The translations under genes were made by a program, and so were the position numbers. A DNA stretch of 64,000 nucleotides, from the NCBI GenBank assembly GCA_964016885.1, contig OZ024740.1, positions 177,940,001 through 178,004,000 of the forward strand, given 5' to 3'. Positions 1 to 12,400 of this stretch are shown here, piece by piece (position 1 is the stretch's first letter; each line of letters begins with the position of its first letter). The notes beneath the pieces were generated by a model that was not told where the DNA came from, did not search any database, and saw nothing but the letters and a program-made list of their open reading frames with translations. The stretch is from Eledone cirrhosa. Taxonomy: Eukaryota.

Positions 1-70
1 TCTTGGTCTACCCACTCCGTAGCTTCCATCAATTTTCAATGCCCTGCACTTTTTTTTATACAGCTGTCGT
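1..70 (-). mobile_element. RTE LINE 3' fragment at the window edge
   Basis: Matches the [20 protein letters not shown] segment of the RTE copies at 49490-49570 and 54910-54985. Confidence 0.7.
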
Positions 71-94
71 ATAAATATATATATATATGTATAT

Positions 95-270
95 AGTGCG
101 GCCAAAACTCGAGTCCGGGAACTATTATAGGCACCCGTTTTACGTGTGTTGTATTGAAGCAAATAACTATATGTATACTCTGGGAATGTATCTTACATTG
201 CCCATTGAATACGCTGAGATACAACCGGTCCTGGCATTGATAAATATGCTGGGTCCATCAACTCCTTATT
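95..270 (+). mobile_element. Probable Penelope-like pLTR fragment in (TA)n, with the 3' half of a minimal hammerhead
   Basis: Unique insert flanked by TA repeats; begins GGCC-AAAAC-TCGA-GTC (palindromic stem III plus GUC; GAAA reads AAAA). Confidence 0.45.
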
Positions 271-285
271 ATATATATATTGGCA

Positions 286-668
286 GTGGATTGGCAGTAT
301 CGGTAGAGGGTCGGACGCCATGCTTTCCAGCATAGTTACGTCCCTTTATGGTCTGAGTTCAAATCCCGCCGAGGTTGACTTTGCCTTTCATCCTTACGGG
401 GTCGATAAAATAAAGTACCAGTAATGCACTGGGTAATTGCTGGCCTTGTGCCTAAAGTAGAAACAATTATATATATATATAAAGATGGTGGATTGGCAGT
501 ATCGGTAGAGGGTCGGACGCCATGCTTTGACGCATAGAGTTACGGCCCTTGCCATTCTGAGTTCAAATCCTGCCAAGGTTAACTTTGCCTTTCATCCTTA
601 CGGGGTCGATAAAATAAAGTACCAGTAATGCACTGGGTAATTGCTGGCCTTGTGCCAAACAAAGAAAC

Positions 669-672
<4 letters not shown>
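286..672 (+). mobile_element. Two tandem tRNA-derived SINEs (286-470 and 487-672) with a Deu/Nin-like core
   Basis: A box TGGCAGTATCGG, B box GTTCAAATCC, core GCCTTTCATCCTTACGGGGTCGATAAAATAAAGTACC, AT-rich tail; more than 10 copies in the window. Confidence 0.88.
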
Positions 673-726
<54 letters not shown>

Positions 727-1224
727 TTAAAAAAGCCTGCATTACTAAGGCTTTAGAATATAAATTCAAAATAGGGGGTGCACACGACAAAGATAATGGA
801 AGAAACAAACTCTGGAAATCACTATGGTATCATACAAATGTAAGTAAGTTCTGATACAAACATGTTAAATGAAGCAAATGCCTGTTCGGTCGGTTTTGTC
901 AGTATTGCAGTTGTTTAATCATCTGATCTACCAGCTTATTGTTTTTCATGTATATCTCCTAAAGAATCAGCACATCAGTATGACTGGCTCTTTGAATTAT
1001 AGATATAGTCCATCAACTGAGCTTTCATACAGTTTTTGTCTACATGATTTCACTAAACAAGACTTAGCTTGATCCAAGGCTATGGTAAAAGACACCTGCT
1101 CAAGATACCACTTGCAGAAAGCCGAAATCCTGCTCTCTGGATCAGCATTGCTATACACTTGCAATGGTGTATAAAGCTGAGATAACCTCCATTAAATTGA
1201 ATCAGGAGCAGGATATATGGAGGT

Positions 1225-1378
1225 ATAATAATAATAATAATTGTTTCTACTTTAGGCACAAGGCCAGCAATTACCCAGTACATTACTGGGACTTTATTTT
1301 ATCGACCCCGTAAGGATGAAAGGCAAAGTTAACCTCGGTGGGATTTGAACTCAGACTGTAAAGGGACGTAACTGTGCT
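1225..1378 (-). mobile_element. Same SINE family, lacking its 5' head
   Basis: Reverse complement of the SINE B box, core and tail, with an (ATT)n tail. Confidence 0.85.
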
Positions 1379-1380
1379 AG

Positions 1381-1414
<34 letters not shown>

Positions 1415-4400
1415 TGATTTCTTTATTAACCACAATGGTTTACATGAAGTAGACATTAAGGACAGTGCAGGACAATACAGTACGGTACAAATGGGCATTC
1501 CTGCATGTAAAAAACAAAAACAGAGGGTGTAACAAAAAAATAACAATGAAAAATTCCCCAATAGGGGGGAGACTTCGGAGGGACATTTGTGGAGAAAGCC
1601 CAGTAAAAGGCCACAGTGATCCTGACCACCAAGGCAAGTGCCCTTTCCCAGTTTTCCACCTTTATTTTACAGATACGTACTCAGAGTAGGCCCAATCACT
1701 CGGGCCATTCTTGCTTCTCTCACCCATCTTTCAACAAAATGCTGGGAAGAGAGCACTTCCCTCTCTACCCTGATTTTCCTTTTCAAATGAAATTTGAAAA
1801 AGTTAATCAGGGCATCACCGAAGAGGTAAGTGCTCGTCTTCAGCCCTTTCAAACGTGTCCACCATACTATCTCTTTCGCCATGGCCACCAGACAGATAAA
1901 AACTGCCTGCCCTTCCCGGCTAAAGGAAGAGGGCGGGGCAATCCTCACGATGGACTCAGATGATAGCCGGATCCGTCCTACACGCGACAGCAGGTGTTCG
2001 ACATAAACCCACAAGTCAGCAATATTCGGACACTGGACGAGTGCGTGCAGGACGGTTTCGTCGCCCTGCGCACATCTCTGACATGCCCGGCTGACGGCAC
2101 CTCCATGCCTGTAGAGTTTATCCCGAACTGGCAAGACTCCTCGGCAGCACTGCCAGGCTAGAGATTTCTGGAAGTTGTCCATAGGTCCCGGCCCGAAAGT
2201 TCTTCCGAAGAGATTGGCTAGTTGATTTTCGTTGACGCCTAGAGTTTCCCCAAGTACGTCGTCGCTCTTCCCCTCCACTAATCCTCTATAGAACGCCGAG
2301 GTGGAGTTTCCACCGATCACATTTCCCGATTGGTCGAGGGCTGTGAGCGCCTGAAGACATTCCAGTCTCCAGGCGGTCCCTCTCGGTCTTCGCTTGACCC
2401 AGGACTGCAGCTCCGTCAAGGAAACGAGCTGGGGAAATACGTGTCTAGCAAACAGCGACCACACCTGATCACCGTCGAGGAAGAGGTGGAGATGTCATAG
2501 CCTGAGCGTGTGTCTGTGCATCATCAGCCATGGCATTCCCAGCCCTCCACGTAGCGGGTGTTGACAGCAGATAGACCGCCTGACCATCAGAGCGCGTCCC
2601 TTCCACAAAAGGCGAAAGAGCAAACGCTCCAATGCAGTCAGGCGGGGCTTAGGTCAAGGTACAATGGTCAGGTGGTAGTAGATGACGGACGCGATGTACG
2701 CATTCACCACCTCCGCTCGACCTTTCAGGGATAGCTTCCTCTCGGCCCATTTCTGGGTGAGAGAAGCCACCCTGCTCGTCACCTCATCCCAGTTTTTGTC
2801 CATTTGGAGGTCCGGACAGAACCAGACCCCTAGCAATTTAACCGGTCTGTCCGTCCAGCGCCCAACAACGCTGTTGGACGGCATGGACCTGCCTCTCCAG
2901 GTGCCGAGCTGCAGGCCCACTGACTTTTCCTGGTTGATCATTGCTCCTGTCACTGCTTCGTATTCTCTTAGTGTAGTGCTGATCGCCTCGATGTGTTTGG
3001 CGTTCGACACCACTACGGTGACATCGTCCGCATATGCTGACACGGATCTTCCGCATCCTAGTTCGCGCGGGATCTCCCTCAACTTCTCCAGTTTGTGCAT
3101 TAATGGCTCGAGAGTCAATACGTACAAGAGGGCCGAGAGGGGACATCCTTGGCAGACCGAGCGCATGATGTTGACCGGTTCCGAAAGGTGACCGTTCACT
3201 CTCACCACAGAGCAGATGTCACTGTGCATGGCAGCGATCCAGCCTCTGAAGATGGGCCCTGCCGCTAGGTAACGATGGTCGACCCTATCGAAAGCTTTTG
3301 ACTGATCTAAATTGATCAAGGACCCACCCGTGTCAGGTTCCCTAGCTACCCTCTCTACGATGTATCGCATGAGGTGGAGATTGTCATGGATGGATCTGTC
3401 GGGAATGGCGCATGTCTGCGCCTCTCCCACCAGACCACCAACGACAAGCGCCAACCTCTTTGCTAGCACCTTGTGTTTAGCAGAGTTATGGGCCTGAAAT
3501 TATCTATGTTATCCCCCTTGTTCGGATCCTTTCTCAGCAGTGCCACCGCTCCTTGACTCACTGAGCTGGGAATTCTCCCGTTCTGTTGCCAGTTGCAGTA
3601 GACGTCTGCCAAGAGGCCTCTGAACAAGTCTGGCATCTGTACGTAAAGTTCATAGGGCAGACCATCCAAACTAGGCAATTTAGCCCTTGTGCAGCTAGTC
3701 ATTGCATCCCGTACTTCAGCGGCTGTTATCGGCTTTTCGCAACACTCCGCCTCAGTTGCCGAGAGCCGCGGCAGTCCGTCGAAGTAGACACTAAAGTCCA
3801 TCCCTCGATCCGGCCCGCCACTGCCCCCGAACAGCTGAGCGAAGTGTCGCTGAAAAGCTTCACACATTTGCCCGAGATCGAGTAGCATGCACCCGTCGTG
3901 GTCCACCAAAGACCGAATCGTGACTTTGTTACCACGACGCGCCTCCGCCACTCGGCTTTCGTCCCCTCATGTCTGAGAGCACGCACCCTAGCTCTGACAG
4001 CGCAGCCTTCGTGCTTTGCTTTGAAGAATTGGTCAAGGGCCAATTTTCCCACAAGTACGTCAGTCGCGATGCCTTTGCTAAGCACCTTGTCTAATTTTCT
4101 AACTAGTTCTCCCTCTGCTCTATTTTTCTCTATTGCTAAAGCCTTACTAAACCTAATGGACTCTATTCTAATCGCTCTTTTCAGAGCAAACCACCACTTG
4201 TTGTTGACGATGGCCCCCGTCAATGCCGCTTAACTAGTTCGCTAATTCGGTCTCTGTAGGCCTTGCACGCTGGTAAGGACACGGTTAGCTTCCAGTAGCC
4301 GGGTGCTCGTCTATGAAGCCTATCTAAGTCAAGCACACAGATCACGAATTTGTGGTCTGTGTAGCTGACCATCTTGAATTGTGGACAGCTTTGCTAGACC

Positions 4401-7282
4401 TATCTATTTCTCTACAAAATACTCTATCTAGATATGATCTGGATGACCTTATCTTGTTTGTCCAAGTCCACATTGGCACATCTGGGAAATCCAATCAGTA
4501 CCTGTCAGACAGTTCAAAACGCCTGAGCAGGTTGGTGAGGCTCTTGCACCCTCCTCCCCTATCCGCTAATCCCACACAGTCCCAGCGTGCATCTAAGATC
4601 CCGTTCCAGTCGCCCACTAACACTAAAAAGCGGGACGTTCCAAGAAAGGTCTCCAGACGCTGGAAGAAATCAGGCCGCCCTGCTCCTGTCGGGGCATAGA
4701 CGGCCACCAGCCTGAAAGCTTCCCCGTCTCCGCTGGTCACGTCCAGCACTACCAACTTACCTTCTGGGTCCAGGAAGATGGCCCGTATGGCGAGATCCAA
4801 ACATCTCCGAAAAAGCACAGCAACTCCTCCCCCCGATCCAAGACAGCTGGGAGATGCGTATACATCGTAGCCGCCAAAGATTGGTGCGAAGGCCCGTGCT
4901 TCGGAGATTCTGGTCTCGCTGATGGCCACTACATCTATGTTTAGTGACCTGAGGTCGTTGAGCAGGTGGCCCTGCTTCCATGACGACCCCAAGCCATGCG
5001 CATTTATGCTGCCTATTCTGAGTGAGGTCATGTTGAAATGGAGTGGAAAAGATGGGAAAGACCACTTACCTTACTTCTTGTAGAGGAAGGATGGTTTCTC
5101 CATCCCTTTTCACTTGATCGTCAGGTGAAGGACCGTTGAATCGTCCCTTCGGCTGATCGTCGGCTCTTCTGTGAGTATATCCGAATATACTCTCCGGTTG
5201 AGTGTCCCTCCTAGGTCTCTGAAATCACCAACTGCGTTGGGGAATTTCGTTTTAATGATTGTGTATTTTTTCTGTGATATTCTTACCAGTCTTATGTTCG
5301 TTGGTGTTTTGATTGGTGCTGGTATTATGTAGTCGTGCTGTGAAATGTCTGTGTGTTCAATTATGTAAGTCATTAGTTTCTTGTTGTGTGTATTTATTGC
5401 TGTGCATTTCTTTTTCTGGGGATGGGGTGTGGTTCTGCTATTTTCTTGTCGTTGTTGCTGGGTGTGTGTGTTTTGTTGGTGGTGTTGCTGCTGTAAGTCT
5501 CTTTGCAGTAGCCTTTACCCTTTTTTCATTTCCTCCCTCTCGTTTCGAAGGCGACAATGTGCTGCTTCTGCGTTTGTGCCTTCTTGCAACCTTTTGCCAT
5601 CCCTCTCCCAACTCTCACACCATGTCCGATTCTGTGAGGTCTGGGAGGGGTACCAGCTCCACTCTGTCACTTGTTCGTGTTGGTGATGGTTGAAGTGGAG
5701 TCTCTGTTGCAGCTGCAGTTGACATTACTGTTGTTGTTGTTAATACTTCCACTGCTGCTGCTGTTCTTGATTTCTGTGGCGTGGGTATGGGTGCCCCTGA
5801 CCTATCCTTCCTGGTTGCCGCCTGTCCTGTTGCTGGTAGCAGTGGAGCCGGTTTCGGAAGGAGGGGTGTTTTCTCCTTTCTCAGGGTCTTCTCATTGCAG
5901 AAGGCCCTGAGGTGATTCTTCGATCCACAGCGAAAGCATTTCAGGCGTTTGCCCTCAACACTTATGGGAAGTTGAGTGCCGTTATCGAAGTCTATCACAT
6001 CTGGGATAGCTTCGATGCACTCCTGGTTGGTTTGGATTAACATCTCAATGGAGGTGCCGAACCAATCTTCTCGTACTTTTTTCTGTACTTGCAGTACAGT
6101 TGTTTTGTCCTCGATTCCGATGAGGACAGACGCGGCCAGCCAAGAAGGGGCCACCCCCGGGGGGGGGGGGGGAATGGGTCAGTTTGACCCTCACAATTTT
6201 TTGCCCGCAGTAAGAGGGCACCAACACCATTTCCTCGCTCCTTAGGGTCACTAAGGATTGAGCCTTTGCCTCCTGGGGTGTGGCAAAAAGCACGTCCACG
6301 GTGGCATACTTCTTGCCTCGTGTGATATGTGTTTTCCGCTGCCGCACAGACCCCAAGGCTTTTTGTATTTGAGCCTCTGTGGCTCTTTCAACCCTACGGG
6401 ACTTTGTGCTTATTGTACGGTACGTGACCGTACAGTGCTGTTGGGTTTCAATAAATTCTTCAGCTGCCTTGCAGGTTGCTCGGTGTCCGGTTTTCGTCAC
6501 CATCTTCTTTGCTTCCTGTAATTCCTCATTTGTTATAAGGATGGTTTCCAGGTTCTTTGCGATACCTGCAAACGAGATTGGTGTTTTTTTCTTTCTTGTT
6601 GTTGTTGTTGTTGTCGTCAGCGCTGCTGTTACTTTTGTTGTTGCTGCTGGTACTACGACCTCCGCTGTTGCTGTGGTTGTTGTTGTTGTTGCTGCTGCTG
6701 CTGTTGTTGCTGTTGCTGCTGCTGATGTTGTTGCGGCTGCTACTGGTGTTTTCCTTGTCACTGTTGCTGCTGCTCGTGTTATTACGGCTGCTACTGCTAT
6801 TCTTCCTGACGTCAGACGAATGAAATGGCTTTCCGTATTTACCGCACGCATTTTTCGTAGTCGTCGTCGTTGAGAAATGTTCCACGGTATGCACGTGCTC
6901 TTGGTGAAAGCTATCAGAAACTATATTTTTCTTTTTCTTTACTGGCGTCGCTTGCGAAAGAGAAGGGAGGGAGAGAGACACATTTAGAGAAGGGAGGGAG
7001 AGAGACACTCTTCTCTCTGATGTAGTGACGATTGAGGAAGAAGACGGAATGAGTGGGGGTGACTTGTGAAAATTCTTTTTTGTAGCCATGTTTTTTTTGG
7101 TTTAAAATTAATATTGGGCACAAAACACCAATAAGCAGTTATTTAACCCTGAAGGGCCAAATAACGAGGAGGAGGGTGTTTTTATCTACAATTTGGTTAA
7201 AGTTTTAAACAATTTACAATTGTTATAGCGGTTAAAAATTACTATACCTTACAAAGCCGAGCCTCTGTCAACCATGGCATTC
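1381..7282 (-). mobile_element. Full-length, decayed Tx1-clade LINE (copy 1)
   Basis: ORF1 pieces 5110-7089 with CCHC knuckle CFRCGSKNHLRAFC. ORF2 from ATG 5031: APE endonuclease (SINAHGL, ISET, GDWN), RT ([19 protein letters not shown]) and C-terminal zf-RVT (CQRC...H...C). Several frameshifts; AATAAA then (ATT)n tail; (AAT)n on both sides. Confidence 0.92.
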
Positions 7283-7620
7283 AATAATAATAATAATAAT
7301 AATGAAATGATTGTGTACAGTGCTCAGATGCACTACAACTCATCAAAGGTGTGTGAATAGTAGATAGAATAATTGTTTCTGCTTTTGGCACAAGGCCAGC
7401 AAATTACCCAGTGTATTACTGGTACTTTATTTTATCGACTCCGTAAGGATGAAAGGCAAAGTTAACCTCGGCGGGATTTTAACTCAGATGGCAAGGGCCG
7501 TAACTCAATGCGTCAAAGCATGGCGTCCGACTCTCTACCGATACTGCCAATCCACCATAGAATAAGGTACAAATGTCAGGAAAATGAACAGTGTATGGAT
7601 GAGTCATGGATGTGTATGTC
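7283..7620 (-). mobile_element. CR1 3' tail interrupted by a SINE (7369-7557, minus strand)
   Basis: Matches the CR1 3' ends at 9490-9620 and 35109-35220; the SINE is flanked by the direct repeat ATAGAATAA. Confidence 0.85.
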
Positions 7621-8442
7621 GGAAGGTTGCTTCAAAAGCCACTCCCTAAACTAGTAAGCTGGCAAGTCACATCTGCTCCCCCAAAGATGCAGCTTTGAAC
7701 TTCTCAAGTAAATGGAAAATCCTGAAAATATCCTGTATGCGTGTGTGTGTATGTATATAAATTTATATACATCTCATCACCACTGATTCTGATTGTGGTT
7801 CTTATAACTTTCATCAAGAATTATTTCTTTTAATTTATTGTAATTCTCAAGGGAATTTTTTACTAAATGCTTTGGTTAAGTTTTTTTTATTTTTTCAAAT
7901 TTGTTTTCTTTCTTTAAAGATATTTTCTTTGAAAGGAACATTTTGTTATGGGCTCATAAAATACGGCTGTATGCACCCAATTTACTATTTCTTATATGGA
8001 CCCCCTTCCTTGGGACCATATGGACACTGGTTGAGAACCACTGCCCCACTTCCTCATGCTAGTACTAAACAGGCATATTTCTATAATCAATAATATTTGG
8101 ATTACCTCCCTTACAACTTGCACTACTATTCAATATATCTTTCTTTGAATTTGAAACAATTTTTGTCAATGCATGTATGTGTGAATGTATTCAAGTATGT
8201 GTATGTGAATTTGAATGAGCTATTGTTGCTACGGTTTAGCCCCCAGATCAGCGCTGACTGATTAGAACTAAGACCAACAGCATTCTAGTGTGTTTACTTC
8301 AGTCAGTTGAGTATCTTATCTAAAGTTACCTCCCTTGTTTGAAGACGTTCAGCGTTTAATTATATCGTTGCAAGCCGAAAGTATGTAAATGGAAATTACC
8401 TACATACACACAAATTTTATATATATATATATATATATGTAT

Positions 8443-8576
8443 ATGATCCTGTGATAAACAGGTGAAACTCCAGAGTAACAAGACGCACTATTTAGGCATA
8501 ATTAAATGAATGTTTAAACTCTTCTTCGGTATTGAGTACTACTTTTTCTTTTTTCTCTCAGCCATCAACCACATAC
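8443..8576 (+). mobile_element. Probable Penelope-like pLTR fragment in (TA)n, with a near-complete hammerhead core
   Basis: ATGA-T-CCTGT-gataa-ACAGG-T-GAAA-CTC-ca-GAG-TA at 8443-8477; the 5' CTG is lost at the TA junction. Confidence 0.55.
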
Positions 8577-8581
8577 GTGTG

Positions 8582-8615
<34 letters not shown>

Positions 8616-8742
8616 TCCAGCCGTAGAAAACCTGCCAGAGCGAGACACGGTCTCTCGACCAATCTTACCTCAAATGGGACAATTCCCGTCTAAACCCATG
8701 CTAGCGTGGAAGATAGACGTTAAACGATGATGATGATGATGA
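8616..8742 (+). mobile_element. RTE subfamily A extreme 3' end
   Basis: Matches 12602-12743; ends in GACGTTAAAC(GAT)n. Confidence 0.8.
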
Positions 8743-8809
8743 TATAAGAGAGAGAGTGGGGGAATATGGAAATATTATATCGATAGACAGATAGATATAA
8801 ATCACAAAC

Positions 8810-8958
8810 CGTTTAATTCTCTTTTTGACAACAAAGTTGATGATTCCTTCAAAATCCCCTCCCATTGTCGGCTGGACATGAAGGTTGTACATAGCCACTT
8901 GTGCACTGCTCACTGTCACAAACGGGTTGCCACTGGTGAATGGAACACTTGACTGTAC
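8810..8958 (-). CDS. CFAP47: CFAP47 exon ([16 protein letters not shown]...[14 protein letters not shown])
   Basis: caacag / gtttgt; 149 nt; phase 0 to 2; last exon I could find in the window. Confidence 0.83.
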
Positions 8959-9449
8959 CTGTTGATGGAGGTGACAGGGAACAAAGAAATATGGTAGATG
9001 GCATGAAATAGAACAAGACTTATCAGCTCAAAATATTCATAAAGTGGTGGCTTATGTTAGAAAGCAATTACAAATGAAGATTTTGCAACTAATCTTTTTA
9101 AAGAATACAATGAAATAAAATAAAATGAACTCAGTACACACTGTAAAGTGGTTGGATATTGAATGGATGCCGTGCACATAAACTCTCTAGTACTGGTGCC
9201 ATGAGAAAAAAGAATCTCAAACACTCTGTAAAGTGGTAGTGCTGGTGTGATAATAAAATTCACCCAGTATACTTTTGTTAAGTTATAGTGATGATGCCAT
9301 GATAACATGTATTTTGTACACTGTTTAACGTTGCTAGAGGGGTATCCATCCATAGAAAACATGCGAACATAACTATGAGCAAGACATAGTTATCTGACCC
9401 ATTCAACCGACGCCAGCATGGAAAACAATGATGCAGTTGCTGCTGCTGC

Positions 9450-9491
<42 letters not shown>

Positions 9492-12400
9492 AATTATTGT
9501 GTAAAGTGCTCAGGTGCACTACAACTCGTCAAAGGTGCATGTATAGTACATAGAATAATATATAAATGTCAGGGAAGTGAATAGTGTATGAGTCATGATA
9601 TACATGTGTGTATGTGTATAGAGGGGGAACATTAGGTGTAGTGTTGGCGAATCTCGTGAAGCATGGTGGTTTTAAAGGATGCAGTGTCTCGACAACTAAC
9701 AACTGGTGCAGGTAGTTTGTTCCATGCTTCGGCAACTCTGAGCGTGAAAATGTTGATGATGTACAGAGATTGTCTGTAGGTCAGTTCTAATTTACATAGT
9801 TGATAATTATTAAGATATTCAATAGGATTTTTACTTTTAAGAATACAAAAATTAAATTATAAAGTAGCCTAAATATATAAAAAAAAAGAAAAACTTTCTA
9901 GCGTGCAGTTCTGAAAAGTCATATAATTTACTTGCAGCCTAATTTGGCAGCCATTGTACAACACTTTCAAAAGATTCGCTTGACTAAACAATCTACGTGA
10001 AGGGAAATAAGCATTTACGTAAACATAATTTATACATTTGTTAATGGCTGTTAACATATTTAAAAGCCTAATTAGTAAAAAATAATTGTGTTGAGAAAAA
10101 ATAAAATATTAGCTTAATGACAAGTATCATTTTGGTGGATTGGTAGTATCGGTAGAGAGTCGGACGCCATGCTTTGACGCATAGAGTTACGGCTCTTGCC
10201 ATTCTGAGTTCAAATCCCGCCGAGGTTAACTTTGCCTTTCATCCTTGCGGGGTCGATGAAGTGAAATACCAGTAATGCACTGAGTAATTGCTGGCCTTGT
10301 GCCAAAAGTAGAAACAATTATTTACTCATTTTTGCATAAGGGAGACAACTGTGGACATGATTCGATATTATTGGCAGTATCGGTAGAGAGTCGGACGCCA
10401 TGCTTTCCAGCATCGTTACGTCCCTTTACGGTCTGAGTTCAAATCCCGTCGAGGTTAACTTTGCCTTTCATCCTTACGGAGTCGATAAAATAAAGTACCA
10501 GTAATGTACTGGATAATTGCTGGCCTTGTGCCAAAAGTAGAAACAATTATTAACGTTTTTAACAACAATAAACCTATATTTCTAAGTAAATGACAAGGGT
10601 GTTTGACGTGGAAAATATAAATAGGGTAAAGCAGAGGTTCTGAACCTCTTCACTATAAAGGAACTCGTTTTATTTGAATGCATTTTCACATGGAGACCCT
10701 GCAGTATCTAGGCATAATCTATGTGTAGGTGATTTTTGTGTGGTTTTCTAGTGTAAATTTTGTTTAACGAGGGAGTCACCAAGTTTTATATAGCTTAGGG
10801 CCTCACCAGGTTTATTTCAGTACCAAAACACTACTACAATTACTTTTCGCCCAGATTGTTACAAACTTGCCAACCTCTAAAAATCCAAACGGGGAGTACT
10901 ATTAAAAAAAGTGCCCTAAAACGGGGAGAAATGAGGCAAAATCCCCATTTAAAATAATGAAAGCTATACCGATTTTCACAAGAGAAGACATCTCTCACCC
11001 ACCTCAAAGTGGGTGGGAGATCTTCCTGACAGACATGGAGAGTTGACAGGTCTATTGTTATACAATGAGAATAACAATCAAAAGAAATATTTATACTTGG
11101 ACATGAATGCAAGTGGGCAAGTTACATTTTTAAAACAGTAGTAAAAGTTTAGAACTTAGCTTATGAACCACCATTGGCAAAACTCAAAGTCAAACACATG
11201 CTACTTACCTCATAAGTCAGTCGCTTCTTAGTACGGTTTGGAACATTCAATACATGTATAGCACTGTTATTGACAGAAACATAACAAAAAAATAATGTAA
11301 GTAATAATAACTGATGAAAAAGAAAAGGTTAAGTAAATGAACTTTAGTTTCAAATTTAGGCAGGTCTTTCATATTTTAAAATAATCATAAAAGACAGTTA
11401 AACACTATGATGTATAGTTTGACAGGGGCCACTTGATGTAGTAAGAAAATATATTGTAATCAAATTAGATTATATTGGACAAACCCATAACTCTTTACCA
11501 GAAAGAAATGGAAAATATTTGATAAAGTAATTCACTCTGAAACTAAACCATTACAGCTATAAATACAGACATACAAAAATACACATTGGAGATTTCCAGT
11601 TTGACTGCCCTTATAATAACAATTTCTGGTTTAGGCACAAGGCCAACAGACGCTCTAACAATTCTGCAAATTAACAACTAAATTCATATCTTGATAAATC
11701 CTGTGATGTATAAAAGTGCTAGATTGAAGTTATAAATGATATTTTATTATTATATTTTTAGATTCAAGAGATAAACAGTGTCTTATTTTGTTTAACAATA
11801 ACACCTTAGTAATATGTACACATATATATATATATATATATATATAGGAAAAGAGAGCTTATACCGCTGTTGGCCACCAATGGTTTCTCTCTAAAAATGA
11901 AAGGCAGATTGTATGATGCTTGTATACGAACAGCAATGCTATATGGCAGTGAGACATGGGCATTACGTGCAGAGACTGGAAAGGTACGAAAAATGCATGC
12001 TCCGCTGGATGTGTAATAGTAATATACGCGAACGGCAAAGCATAAATGAACTAAGTGAGAAATTAGGAATAAGAGGGATCAGATGCTGTTTACTTGAGAG
12101 AAGACTACGTTGGTATGGCCACGTGATGCGCATGAAAGACGACAGATGTATAAATAAGTTCAGGGCGATCAAAATTGATGGTAGTTACGGAGTAGGTAGA
12201 CCCAGAAAAACCTGGGACGATCTGATAAATTTCGACCTTACACACTTGCACCTCTCTAAGACAATGTCATTGGACCGAGATCTTTGGCGCTACGCAGTAA
12301 TACAGAAGACCCATCTTGCCTATGTACAAAGCGAAACCAACAGTCAATAGGCACCTCTTAACCAAATATACACCCCAATCCACTACCCCTACCCTATCCT

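Noticed and set aside
286-370. tRNA gene
   Set aside because: Has A and B boxes but no cloverleaf; it is a SINE head repeated more than 10 times.
730-1220. Next CFAP47 exon downstream of 8810
   Set aside because: I found no phase-2 exon with plausible splice sites and similarity here or at 7620-8400; it probably lies outside the window, though a short divergent exon could have been missed.
8339-8390. Another hammerhead (TTGAAGA...CGAAAG)
   Set aside because: The core is mismatched and stems I and III are unconvincing.
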